From assembly GCA_020057295.1 (NCBI GenBank), contig JAGVGF010000006.1, positions 64,001 to 128,000 of the forward strand: 64,000 nucleotides of DNA, written 5' to 3'. Under the pieces are notes generated by a model. That model worked only from the letters and a program-made list of their open reading frames with translations, searched no databases and was not told where the DNA came from. The stretch comes from an archaeon. Its GTDB lineage: Archaea > Nanobdellota > Nanobdellia > Woesearchaeales > UBA9642. Positions 50,019 to 59,282 of this stretch are shown here, piece after piece. The translations under genes and the position numbers were made by a program. Position 1 is the stretch's first letter. Every line of letters begins with the position of its first letter.

Positions 50019-51302
50019 CTAACGGATTACTTCATTAAGCATTTTTGCCGGTCGATCAGTAATCCTATGTTGAACATGATATTTATCTTTTAATTCAATT
50101 ACTATGCTTTTTTCTTGAATATGTTTTTTCATTCTTAAAATTAAGTCATTAAGTATATTCATAAAATTAATGTATGATTCATAAGGTGTATCATAAGGGT
50201 TGAAATATTTATGTACGTCTCCATCATTAAAATATTTTGTACACATGTAATAAAAGTGATCACTAGTGGTAAGTTTTCTCCAATCTTCTAATAAAACTTT
50301 ATTATTTAATTCTTTAACCATTTTTTCTAGAGCATAAAGTTCAGTTAATGCAGAATTTTGCATGTTATTACCAATCCAAGCACTTAAATCTCTCTCAATA
50401 TCAGCCCATGATACAAAATTATGTATGTCTAACTCTGCTACAGGTTCATTAAGTGCTAATTCTGAAGGCCATACAAAATGCGTGTGAGGATTCTTAAATA
50501 ATTCGTGAGGTAAATGTCTTAAGAAATTAAATATTCCTGTATCTTCCCACTGATGTTCACCGAATGTTTCATAATCCATAAACAAATTAACAGAATGCTC
50601 TGCATGTTGATTTAACCAAGTAGCATATTTCTCCGCAGTTAAGGGATATTCTTTCCAAGACTTTTGTCCGAATCTGAAAGCTATATCATCACTTAACTTG
50701 TAATTTTTCAATAATAATTTTAAATTTTTAGTTGTTTTAGCTTTGTAAACATAATTCGGACTACGCCAATCTAAAATATGATCTGCGCCCTCAGCAAGTA
50801 CTGCTTTAAATCCTAAACTTTCAACAAAATGTGCTAATTCGTTATTAAATATTAATTCAGTATTTCTAAAGACGACAGGTTCTTGACCAAATAATTCTTT
50901 AATTTTTTTACGATGCAATTCTATCTGCGCTTTAAACTCTTCTTTAGAGTAAAGATAAGAAAGCGAATGATAATATGTTTCTGATAAGAATTCTACACAT
51001 CCTGTATCGGCTAATTTTTTGAATGATTCTAAGACTTCTGGAGCATACTTTTCAAATTGTTCTAACGCTACACCGGTTATACTATATGAGACTTTAAATT
51101 GCCTGCCTGACTTTTTGTAAGTGTGTATAAGATCAAGTATTGCTTTATTTGTTGGTAAATAACATTTTTTAGCAACCTTCTGCATTACTTCTTTATTTTT
51201 ATGCTCATCAAAATAGTCGCTAGTATTGCCTATATTAAATACCGAATACCTCTTCATTCTGTAAGGTTGGTGTACTTGAAAATAAAAACATACATTTGGC
51301 AT
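50019..51302 (-). CDS. GH57 alpha-amylase/glucanotransferase
   Basis: FQVHQP, ETYYHSL, RNTEL, SDDIAFRF, MDYETFGEH, SWAD, SDHFYY. Confidence 0.93.
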   Translation of the reverse strand: MPNVCFYFQVHQPYRMKRYSVFNIGNTSDYFDEHKNKEVMQKVAKKCYLPTNKAILDLIHTYKKSGRQFKVSYSITGVALEQFEKYAPEVLESFKKLADTGCVEFLSETYYHSLSYLYSKEEFKAQIELHRKKIKELFGQEPVVFRNTELIFNNELAHFVESLGFKAVLAEGADHILDWRSPNYVYKAKTTKNLKLLLKNYKLSDDIAFRFGQKSWKEYPLTAEKYATWLNQHAEHSVNLFMDYETFGEHQWEDTGIFNFLRHLPHELFKNPHTHFVWPSELALNEPVAELDIHNFVSWADIERDLSAWIGNNMQNSALTELYALEKMVKELNNKVLLEDWRKLTTSDHFYYMCTKYFNDGDVHKYFNPYDTPYESYINFMNILNDLILRMKKHIQEKSIVIELKDKYHVQHRITDRPAKMLNEVIR

Positions 51303-51336
51303 AATTAACTCACCTTATATAAAATTTGTACAATAA

Positions 51337-52596
51337 TCACGGAGCTTTTTCACCATGAGCGTGTTCGTGTAATACTAAATTATAAATGTCAATACATTTT
51401 TGTGCTGGAACATTCCAACTAAATGTTCTAACTTCTATTGCACCATGATGTAATAATTCATGATGTAATCCTCGATAATTTAATACTGTTAGTATCTTGT
51501 TAGCTAATTCGTCAACATCCCAAAAATCTACTTTAAGAGCGTTCTTTAAGACTTCACTAACGCCTGATTGTTTAGAGATTATTACAGGAACATTATTTCT
51601 TAATGCTTCTAAAGGCGTAATACCAAAAGGCTCGCTTACTGAAGGCATCACGTACAAATCTGCGAGCTTGTACATTCTATCAACATCTGGTCCTGAAGCC
51701 CATCCAGCAAATAGTACTTTACTACCTATACCTAACTGCGCAACTCTATCAACAAGTCTTGCTTCCATATCACCATTACCTACTACAATAAATTTCACTT
51801 CAGGATCATAATCCAAAACTTTTTTTGCAGCCTCAATAAAATAGTCAGGACCTTTTTGTAATGTTAATCGTCCTAAATATAACACAACTTTTTCATTCTT
51901 CTTAACATTAAAATTAGGTTCATCAGTAAAATCTACAGCATTATGAACTACAACAATTTTATCTCCAGAAATACCATAATGCTGCATAATTTTTTGTTTA
52001 GTAAAATAAGATACCGCGATCACTCTATCAGCTTGCAACATTCCTTGTCTTTCAATATCATAAACATACTGATTAACGCTGTTGCCTCCAGTCCTATCAA
52101 ATTCTGTAGCATGCACTTGAACAATTAATGGTTTTCCAGTTGCCTTTTTTGCTTCAATACCAGCCGGGAAAGCCATCCAATCATGACAATGTATAACATC
52201 AAATTCTTCAGTCATAGCTATAGCTTTTGCAGCCATTGATAAACGATATACTTCATCATAAATATTTCTACCGTATAATACTTTAGAATTTTCAGATTTA
52301 GTTTTTAATGTTTCAATATATTGTTCATAATTGGTAGAATATTGCGTTTCAGTAAGATAAGGTTTTAACAAACTATCAATACGTTTTATCTTAAGATTAT
52401 ATCTAGAAAGATTAGATGCGATTAAGAGTTTAACGAATTCTGCCTTCATATCTTCTGGCCCATGCGGAATGACGAAAGTTACATCAACATTCTTGTTCGT
52501 TAAACCCTTGGTTAAGCCATAACATGCTGTGCCAAGACCGCCCGACATAAATGGTGGAAATTCCCATCCAAACATGAGTACCTTTAACTTATTCAT
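51337..52596 (-). CDS. GT4 glycosyltransferase (glycogen-synthase-like)
   Basis: MFGWEFPP..SGGLG, HCHDW, GR.T.QKG, PSVSEPFGITPLEA. Confidence 0.92.
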   Translation of the reverse strand: MNKLKVLMFGWEFPPFMSGGLGTACYGLTKGLTNKNVDVTFVIPHGPEDMKAEFVKLLIASNLSRYNLKIKRIDSLLKPYLTETQYSTNYEQYIETLKTKSENSKVLYGRNIYDEVYRLSMAAKAIAMTEEFDVIHCHDWMAFPAGIEAKKATGKPLIVQVHATEFDRTGGNSVNQYVYDIERQGMLQADRVIAVSYFTKQKIMQHYGISGDKIVVVHNAVDFTDEPNFNVKKNEKVVLYLGRLTLQKGPDYFIEAAKKVLDYDPEVKFIVVGNGDMEARLVDRVAQLGIGSKVLFAGWASGPDVDRMYKLADLYVMPSVSEPFGITPLEALRNNVPVIISKQSGVSEVLKNALKVDFWDVDELANKILTVLNYRGLHHELLHHGAIEVRTFSWNVPAQKCIDIYNLVLHEHAHGEKAP

Positions 52597-52901
52597 ACCC
52601 ACCTCTTTAAGGGCAACCCACTAGTATCTCTAACACAAAATATCTTCATTATACTAATACCCACTTTTGTAATACTAGTTACGTGAAGAAGATATATAAA
52701 AATGTTGTGTTTTTTTAAGCCTAAAATAAAGTCTAAGATATTTTTCTGAGCTTGAAAAATTATGTTTTTTAGGATTTTTCGCACAAAAAAAGCACAAATA
52801 AATAAATAACTTAATAACTTTAATAACAACTTAATATAATAAGTTAATTTAGTTTTAAATAATCGTAAAATTTATATAGTTCCTATGTCTTGTAAAATAA
52901 C

Positions 52902-53588
52902 ATGAACAACATAACATACGAAGAAATAAATCCTGAAATATTTTCAAATAACAAATGGCTTATCCTCAAGGAAATAGCTGAAGCACCACAATCGCCTAGC
53001 GATTTAGCATTAAAAACAAATACGAGCTTATCAAACATAACACAACAATTAAAATTGTTAGAAGCGTATAGACTTGTTCGTAAAGAGAAATCTGAAGAAA
53101 AAAGTAGCGGTAAACCAAGGACAATATATTACATTAACACAGAATTAGTATACTCTGTAATTCTAAGAAATGGCAAGGCTGAACGTAAATTGTTTATGAT
53201 TGATAACGCTAACAGTCTATTTTTTAATATCATCTTTAGTATGAATCAAGAAGATTTAACATTTATGCTTAAATTCAGTTTCAAGTATGAAGATATTCTT
53301 AAAAAATGCAAGGCTATAGGATTCTTAAAATCTACAAAGGACAGTATTGAATTGTTCTTAATAACCGATCATTTAGATGAGATAAGATCAAAGTTTAGCA
53401 ATATATTTGTTGATGATCATCATGGTAAAACTAAAAAAATAATTAATTGGAGCCATAACGAGTTTGAAGTTAATGATGGTCTAACCCGTAAAGATAAATA
53501 TTATATGGATATGATTAAGAATGTTCAGATAATACATGACCCTAACTCAATATTAAGAAATATAAAGACACACAGAGAAAATATGTAG
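52902..53588 (+). CDS. Winged-HTH transcriptional regulator with C-terminal degenerate NTase-like domain
   Basis: PQSPSDLA....TSLSNITQQLKLLE, GKPRTIY. Confidence 0.75.
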   Translation: MNNITYEEINPEIFSNNKWLILKEIAEAPQSPSDLALKTNTSLSNITQQLKLLEAYRLVRKEKSEEKSSGKPRTIYYINTELVYSVILRNGKAERKLFMIDNANSLFFNIIFSMNQEDLTFMLKFSFKYEDILKKCKAIGFLKSTKDSIELFLITDHLDEIRSKFSNIFVDDHHGKTKKIINWSHNEFEVNDGLTRKDKYYMDMIKNVQIIHDPNSILRNIKTHRENM

Positions 53589-53623
53589 GTGTGATAAATA
53601 CTTGATTTAATAAGAGATTAAAA

Positions 53624-53920
53624 ATGAATAAAGTTATTAAATTTTTAGATGAATTGAATGATGAAGAAATTTATGAGTTTGAGAAAGATTTAAAGAGTGG
53701 TAGTTTACAAAAATTCATAGAGCAAAAAAAGGAATATTATAAAATTAAGGATAAAATGTGCAGTACGTGCGGTAATAATGTTAATGAAGATTGTACTGTT
53801 TTAATCTTTGGAGATCCTAAGATAGGTGTTCGTAAAAAGGCTCACTTCTGTGGCTTTGATTGTCTGGAATATTTTATTAATAAGAATATTAAAAGAGTAA
53901 ACGTTAAAAAGAAGCGATAA
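53624..53920 (+). CDS. Small zinc-finger (TRASH-like) protein
   Basis: CSTC...FCGFDC. Confidence 0.7.
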   Translation: MNKVIKFLDELNDEEIYEFEKDLKSGSLQKFIEQKKEYYKIKDKMCSTCGNNVNEDCTVLIFGDPKIGVRKKAHFCGFDCLEYFINKNIKRVNVKKKR

Positions 53921-53944
53921 CCCTTAAATTATTCTGGTGAGTCT

Positions 53945-54172
53945 ATGGCATTACAACAGTTAAAATCATTATACGAAAAACGCAAGGCTAACCTTGTTAG
54001 TTTATTGGAGAGAAACCCTAAACTTGATCCTGCGAGACAACATCAGATTTATGGGGCAATATGTGAGATAGACATATTGTTAAAAACTATTGACCATTTA
54101 CGTGATCAAGAAATTCAAGAGAATTACGAGCTGGATGCTAAAGGCAGAGGTATGCGACCAGGTAGCATGTAA
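53945..54172 (+). CDS. Small helical-hairpin protein, paralogous to the N-terminus of the next gene
   Basis: LKSLYEKR..NL..LL..NPKLD..R...I.GAI.EID.L.KTID.LR.QEI.E. Confidence 0.75.
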   Translation: MALQQLKSLYEKRKANLVSLLERNPKLDPARQHQIYGAICEIDILLKTIDHLRDQEIQENYELDAKGRGMRPGSM

Positions 54173-54215
54173 GATAATTAAATAAGACATTCATGATTAA
54201 TATTTAAGGTGATTT

Positions 54216-55007
54216 ATGCCATTAAGAAAGTTAAAAAACATTTACGAGAAAAGAAGAAGTACTTTAAAGAATCTTTTAGATACTAATCCTAAACTAGATA
54301 AATCTAGGAAAAGTGAAATTACTGGTGCAATAGCAGAAATCGACGCTTTAGCTAAAACAATAGATACATTAAGAGAACAGGAGATTGAAGAAGGTAGATT
54401 ACTGGAAGTTAAAGCTACGAGTTCGTTTTTAGATAATATTCCATTAGTTCAAAACTTTAATGATAAAGTCAAATTAAAATTTGATAATTCTGCAACAAAA
54501 CAAGGTTTGGTTGATGCTTTTAATAAAAAGTGTGCTTCTAGAACTAAGTATGAACTGTTTGGACAAATTGCACGTGGTGAAGGTTATGAGCATATTGCTC
54601 AAATATTTTTTGAAACAGCATCTAATGAGCGAGAACAGGCACGCATAATACTAGAGTTTATGAAAGAAGATAAAGATACAGCGCACAATTTACGTAATAG
54701 TGCTGATCTTGAACGTAAAAATCACGAGTATTACTATGCTCAATATGAAAAAATAGCAGGTGATGAAAAATATCCTTATATTGTTGAGTTCTTTAAAGAA
54801 TTGTCACAGATTGAAGCAGAGCATGAGAAAAGATTTTTAAAATTATTAAAAACTTTTAATGAGAAAAAAGTTTTTAGAAGAGAAACCGTTGTTAGATGGA
54901 AGTGTAAGAATTGTGGATATATTTTTGAGGGTAAAGAAGCTCCACAAAAATGTAAAGTATGTAGACAGGGAAGAGCATATTTTGAGTTAAATCAAGAGAA
55001 TTATTAA
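54216..55007 (+). CDS. Rubrerythrin-like protein (degenerate di-iron site) with N-terminal helical-hairpin domain
   Basis: A..EGY..IA..F.ETA.NE, E.EHEKRF, WKCKNCGY...C..C rubredoxin domain. Confidence 0.85.
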   Translation: MPLRKLKNIYEKRRSTLKNLLDTNPKLDKSRKSEITGAIAEIDALAKTIDTLREQEIEEGRLLEVKATSSFLDNIPLVQNFNDKVKLKFDNSATKQGLVDAFNKKCASRTKYELFGQIARGEGYEHIAQIFFETASNEREQARIILEFMKEDKDTAHNLRNSADLERKNHEYYYAQYEKIAGDEKYPYIVEFFKELSQIEAEHEKRFLKLLKTFNEKKVFRRETVVRWKCKNCGYIFEGKEAPQKCKVCRQGRAYFELNQENY

Positions 55008-55042
55008 AGTATTTCTTAAGAATAATATAAAATGTTTACAGC

Positions 55043-56599
55043 TTATATTTGATCCCATGTTTTTTCTTGGTTAATCAATGATTCTATTATATGTCTAACA
55101 TGAGTTATTGATATTCTTTTCTGTTCTTCTGTATCTCTATTTCTAATTGTTACAGTTCCATGTTTATCGGAAGTTGTTTCTATAGAATCATAGTCAACAG
55201 TTATGCAAAATGGTGTTCCTGACTCATCTTCACGAAGATATCTTTTACCTATGCTTCCTGAAATATCATATCGTACGGAAAATTCTTTTTGTAATTCATC
55301 ATAAATTTTCTTTGCTACATCAGGAAGTCCATCTTTTTTCATTAATGGAAATACTGCTACATTTACTGGACTCATATGCCACGGTACTAAGAATTTTGTT
55401 TTACCTTCTTTTTCATCAATTCTTCTATAGAATAAATCAAGTAGCGCGAATGTTGGTCTGTCTGTTCCGAATGCTATTTCTATAATATTTGGTGTTTCTG
55501 TTTTTTCTGCTGCTGTTGATTCTTCGTTGAATAATTTTAATTCTTTGCCTGAATGTTTTCCATGCTGTGTCAAGTCATAATCTGTTCTATCATGAACACC
55601 ACATAATTCGAACCATCCGAAACTGTTAAGTTTTACTTCAATATCCCACGCATCTTCCGCATAGAATGCCTTTTCATCAGGGAAATGTTGTCTTAACCTT
55701 ATCTTATCTTCAGGGATTCCTATCTGTCTAAATAATGAGTATGCCATATATACAGCCCATGCGTAAGCCTTATTTTTGAAATATCCTTTTTCCATTGCTT
55801 CATACACAGATAAAGGTTTATGCTCATGATTTTGTTCTTGGAACTGCCAAGGCCATAAAGGCATTTTTTCATGTTTTATGTCATCATATTTTTCGAAATT
55901 ATTTTTTTGTTCTTTAAATAAGAATATTTGTGCTTCGGCTTGTGTAAATTCTCTGCATCTTAAAACATGCTGTCTTGGACTTATCTCGTTACGATATGCT
56001 TTACCAATCTGAAATACTGCATAAGGAAGTTTTTTTCTAAAGAATTCGTTATATCTCAAGAATGGAAGATATGTTGTTGTTGCAGTCTCTGGTCTGTTAT
56101 ATGCTTCTACATCAAGACCAACAGTTGTTTTCATCATTAAAGTGTGTCGCTTGATTGTTTTAGCAAATTCCGATTTACAGCTAGGACATTTAACATGATT
56201 TTGTTCTATAAAATGTAATAATTCATCATCTGTCTTATGATCAAAACTCTGTTCAGGAAATAATTCGCTAAGTAAATTATCTACTCTAAAATTTCCTTTA
56301 CACTTAGAACATGTAATTACCGGATCTGTAAATCCTCCTAAATGTCCTGATGCCTGCCACACTTCCTTCTGCATTACAGTAGGACATTCAACTTCCCAGA
56401 AACCATTCTTTTGATATAATTTTCTAATTTGATTCTCTACATTATTCTTTAATAATTTTCCTAAAGGAGCGTAAGTATAAAATCCTGCAAGTCCGCCATA
56501 TATTTCTGGCTCAGGACCCCAAATGAAACCTTTCTGCTGCATAAAACTAAGTAATTCGTCATAGAATTTGTTACCTGTTTTGCTAGTATTATCAACCAT
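55043..56599 (-). CDS. glyS: Glycine--tRNA ligase (alpha2 type)
   Basis: EIYGG, ASGH..GFTDP, RPETA, RNEISPR, REFTQ.E, GSIGKRY.R.DE.GTP. Confidence 0.97.
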   Translation of the reverse strand: MVDNTSKTGNKFYDELLSFMQQKGFIWGPEPEIYGGLAGFYTYAPLGKLLKNNVENQIRKLYQKNGFWEVECPTVMQKEVWQASGHLGGFTDPVITCSKCKGNFRVDNLLSELFPEQSFDHKTDDELLHFIEQNHVKCPSCKSEFAKTIKRHTLMMKTTVGLDVEAYNRPETATTTYLPFLRYNEFFRKKLPYAVFQIGKAYRNEISPRQHVLRCREFTQAEAQIFLFKEQKNNFEKYDDIKHEKMPLWPWQFQEQNHEHKPLSVYEAMEKGYFKNKAYAWAVYMAYSLFRQIGIPEDKIRLRQHFPDEKAFYAEDAWDIEVKLNSFGWFELCGVHDRTDYDLTQHGKHSGKELKLFNEESTAAEKTETPNIIEIAFGTDRPTFALLDLFYRRIDEKEGKTKFLVPWHMSPVNVAVFPLMKKDGLPDVAKKIYDELQKEFSVRYDISGSIGKRYLREDESGTPFCITVDYDSIETTSDKHGTVTIRNRDTEEQKRISITHVRHIIESLINQEKTWDQI

Positions 56600-56681
56600 A
56601 ACATAATGAGAATGACGAGAATTTAAAAATGTTATTTTATTTCGACACTAAATTTATAAATTATTAACGTTTTAAATTAGC

Positions 56682-57191
56682 ATGGAAGATTTACATAAAG
56701 TTTGGTCACATAGATGGGTTACACCAAAAGCCAAATGCAGAAATTCTCCGATACAAGGATTAGGAGTATTTGCGATTGCGCCAATAAAAAAAGGAGAGCT
56801 AATAGCGATATTAGGCGGAGTAATTGTTCAAAAATCAGAGATAAGAAAATATTGGAAGATTATGGGACATGTTGGAATACAAATTGCTGATGATTTTTTT
56901 ATTGTGCCGACAACAAGAAAAGAGTTAGAAGAAACCGGTGTTTTCAATCATTCATGCGAACCGAATATAGGATTTGTAGACAGTACACAGTTCGTTGCAA
57001 TCAAAGATGTAAAAAAGGGCGAAGAATTAACTTTTGATTATGCATTTAATGAAACAGAGAATGAATCTTTTAAATGTGAGTGTGGATTTAAAAATTGTAG
57101 AGGAACAATCACGAAAGAAGATTGGAAAATACCATCAATCAGGAAAAAATATAAAAAATATTTCTCTCCTTATTTGAAAAGAAAAATATAA
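56682..57191 (+). CDS. SET-domain protein with post-SET Cys cluster
   Basis: S.IQG.GVFA...I.KG, FNHSCEPN, ELTFDY, CECGFKNCRG. Confidence 0.92.
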   Translation: MEDLHKVWSHRWVTPKAKCRNSPIQGLGVFAIAPIKKGELIAILGGVIVQKSEIRKYWKIMGHVGIQIADDFFIVPTTRKELEETGVFNHSCEPNIGFVDSTQFVAIKDVKKGEELTFDYAFNETENESFKCECGFKNCRGTITKEDWKIPSIRKKYKKYFSPYLKRKI

Positions 57192-57230
57192 AAAGTTATA
57201 TATTAAAAAAATCTATAAAAACTAATCAAA

Positions 57231-58433
57231 TCAATCATCATATTTAACAAACTTGTCTCCCTTAACAGTCTTAACAATTAATGGTTTTGTAACATCGCCG
57301 TTCTTATCAAATGTTAGTATTCCTGATGCACCAGTATAATTTTTAATTGTATATATGCAATTTTTCACATCGTCGACATAATCACCATATCGTTCAATGC
57401 ATAAACTAAGTATCATGAGAGAATCATAACCGTTTGCCGATATCATTTCCGGACCAGAATCATATTCTTTTGTATATTTATGTTTATATAATAGCATGCT
57501 ATCTGTTTGTGATTTATCGTCATAAGGATAAGGGTATATTATTGATTCATTAACATAACCTGCTATTTGTATTAGTTCTTGACCCTCCATAGGGCTCGGA
57601 CCATAATAATTCATACTATAACCTAATTCTCGAGATTGTTTAATAATTTGCCCAACATTTCTAGGAGAACCTAATATAAATAAATGTTTAGCACTGAGTT
57701 TTTTTAACTTTAATAGATAAGTTCTAAAATCTGATTCTTTACTATCAAAATATTGTATAGAACCGACAGCATTAGTTTTATTATATACCTCTAAAAAAGG
57801 TTTTAAGTAAGAAACACTATAGTCGGTATTTATAGCTATAATATATAATTTTTCGTCGATTCTCTTTGATAAATATTCTGCCCAAAATGGTGCTTCTTCC
57901 ATGACATTTATTTGTGTTCTGAAAATATAATCACCCATTAGACTAATTTCACTGGCTTGGGCAGCTGGAATAATTGTTAATATCTTATCTTTTTCAGCAA
58001 GAGGTGCTACAGCCAATACTTCTGATGAACCATAAGGTCCAATAATATAATGTACGTTATCAATATCTCTAACTTTAGTATAAGCAGTAACTGATTGACG
58101 TGGATCATACTGCGTATCTTCAAAGATTAACTCAAAAACATATTTATTTCTTGGGATAGCATTAATATCTTTTTGAGCAAGCAGCACTCCACGTCTTAAA
58201 TAGTTACCGGCTTCAGCCCTAACACCAGTGAGTGGAGCTAGGACGCTGATCTTGATGATTTGTTTAGATTCTTGAGGAATCTCTTGTACAACGTGACCAG
58301 TTGTATCAACCCGACCTGTTGTATCTGTTTCAATACCTGTTGAAAGCAAGTATACAAATGCGCCCATACAAGCGAGTATAATCACAATGAATATTATTAT
58401 TCCCACATTTCTAGACTTAAAAGATTTAACCAT
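57231..58433 (-). CDS. Membrane-anchored ABC/LIV-type substrate-binding protein
   Basis: APLTG..A..G, EDTQYDP, IGPYGS, YIFR, GYD, GASG...FDKNGD. Confidence 0.9.
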   Translation of the reverse strand: MVKSFKSRNVGIIIFIVIILACMGAFVYLLSTGIETDTTGRVDTTGHVVQEIPQESKQIIKISVLAPLTGVRAEAGNYLRRGVLLAQKDINAIPRNKYVFELIFEDTQYDPRQSVTAYTKVRDIDNVHYIIGPYGSSEVLAVAPLAEKDKILTIIPAAQASEISLMGDYIFRTQINVMEEAPFWAEYLSKRIDEKLYIIAINTDYSVSYLKPFLEVYNKTNAVGSIQYFDSKESDFRTYLLKLKKLSAKHLFILGSPRNVGQIIKQSRELGYSMNYYGPSPMEGQELIQIAGYVNESIIYPYPYDDKSQTDSMLLYKHKYTKEYDSGPEMISANGYDSLMILSLCIERYGDYVDDVKNCIYTIKNYTGASGILTFDKNGDVTKPLIVKTVKGDKFVKYDD

Positions 58434-58467
58434 GAAAGAGTAGTATCTAAATCACTATTTAAATCTT

Positions 58468-58488
58468 TGTTGTTTTAAATAAACAACA
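58468..58488. promoter_or_regulatory. Putative TrmB operator between divergent TATA boxes
   Basis: TGTTGTTT-TAAAT-AAACAACA perfect inverted repeat flanked by TATTTAAAT and TTTATATA. Confidence 0.62.
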
Positions 58489-58520
58489 ATATTTATATAT
58501 TCTAATTATTAATAAAAAAG

Positions 58521-59255
58521 ATGGATTCAGATAAATTAAGGGAAGTAGGTCTCAACGACAAAGAATCAAAAATATATCTAACATTACTACAATTACAGGA
58601 AGCCATAGTATCAGATATAGCTAAAAAAAGTAAACAAAACAGAAGTTCATTATATGCCATTCTAGATTCTCTATGCGATAAAGGCATCGTAACATACATC
58701 ATAAAAAATAACACAAGATACTACAGAGCTGCTGAACCAGAGAAATTGCAAGATATGTTAAAAGATAAAGAAGAAGCACTAAGATTAATGATGCCAGAAT
58801 TAGCAGCACTATTCAAGCCCATGAGCAAAAGACCTGTAATAGAGATTCTGGAAGGAAAAGAAGGAATAAAGACCATGTTAAATGACATAATACATCAACG
58901 ACAGGAGTGGTTAGCATATACTGCACCCGGGGCAGGCAAAAGAATAATGGGACAATATGTGAATTTATTTCATAAAAATAGAGAAAAAGAGAAAATACAA
59001 TTAAAAGCAATTTTACTAAATACTCGTGAAGGGCAAAATAGAGCAAAAGAACTGAAAAAAATGAAATATACAGAGGTAAGATTTATACCAACAACATATA
59101 AATCTCCAGCATCAAATTGGGTATACAGCGATAGGATTGCAATAATGTTCTGGGATGAAGAGTTTCCATTTGCTGTGAGAATTATTGACAAAAAACTTGC
59201 AGACAGTTACCGAGAACATTTTAAGATGATATGGAATGTATCAGAAAAATCGTAA
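58521..59255 (+). CDS. TrmB-family transcriptional regulator
   Basis: LREVGLNDKESKIYL, RSSLY..L..L..KG, EGKEGIK, FKMIW. Confidence 0.9.
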   Translation: MDSDKLREVGLNDKESKIYLTLLQLQEAIVSDIAKKSKQNRSSLYAILDSLCDKGIVTYIIKNNTRYYRAAEPEKLQDMLKDKEEALRLMMPELAALFKPMSKRPVIEILEGKEGIKTMLNDIIHQRQEWLAYTAPGAGKRIMGQYVNLFHKNREKEKIQLKAILLNTREGQNRAKELKKMKYTEVRFIPTTYKSPASNWVYSDRIAIMFWDEEFPFAVRIIDKKLADSYREHFKMIWNVSEKS

Positions 59256-59282
59256 TTAAAACATTAATCTAACCATTCTAGT

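Noticed and set aside
44026-52786. Imperfect inverted repeat (TTCGTGCGAAAA / TTTTCGCACAA) bracketing the glycogen cluster
   Set aside because: Only about 10 bp, with no transposase or target duplication; likely chance
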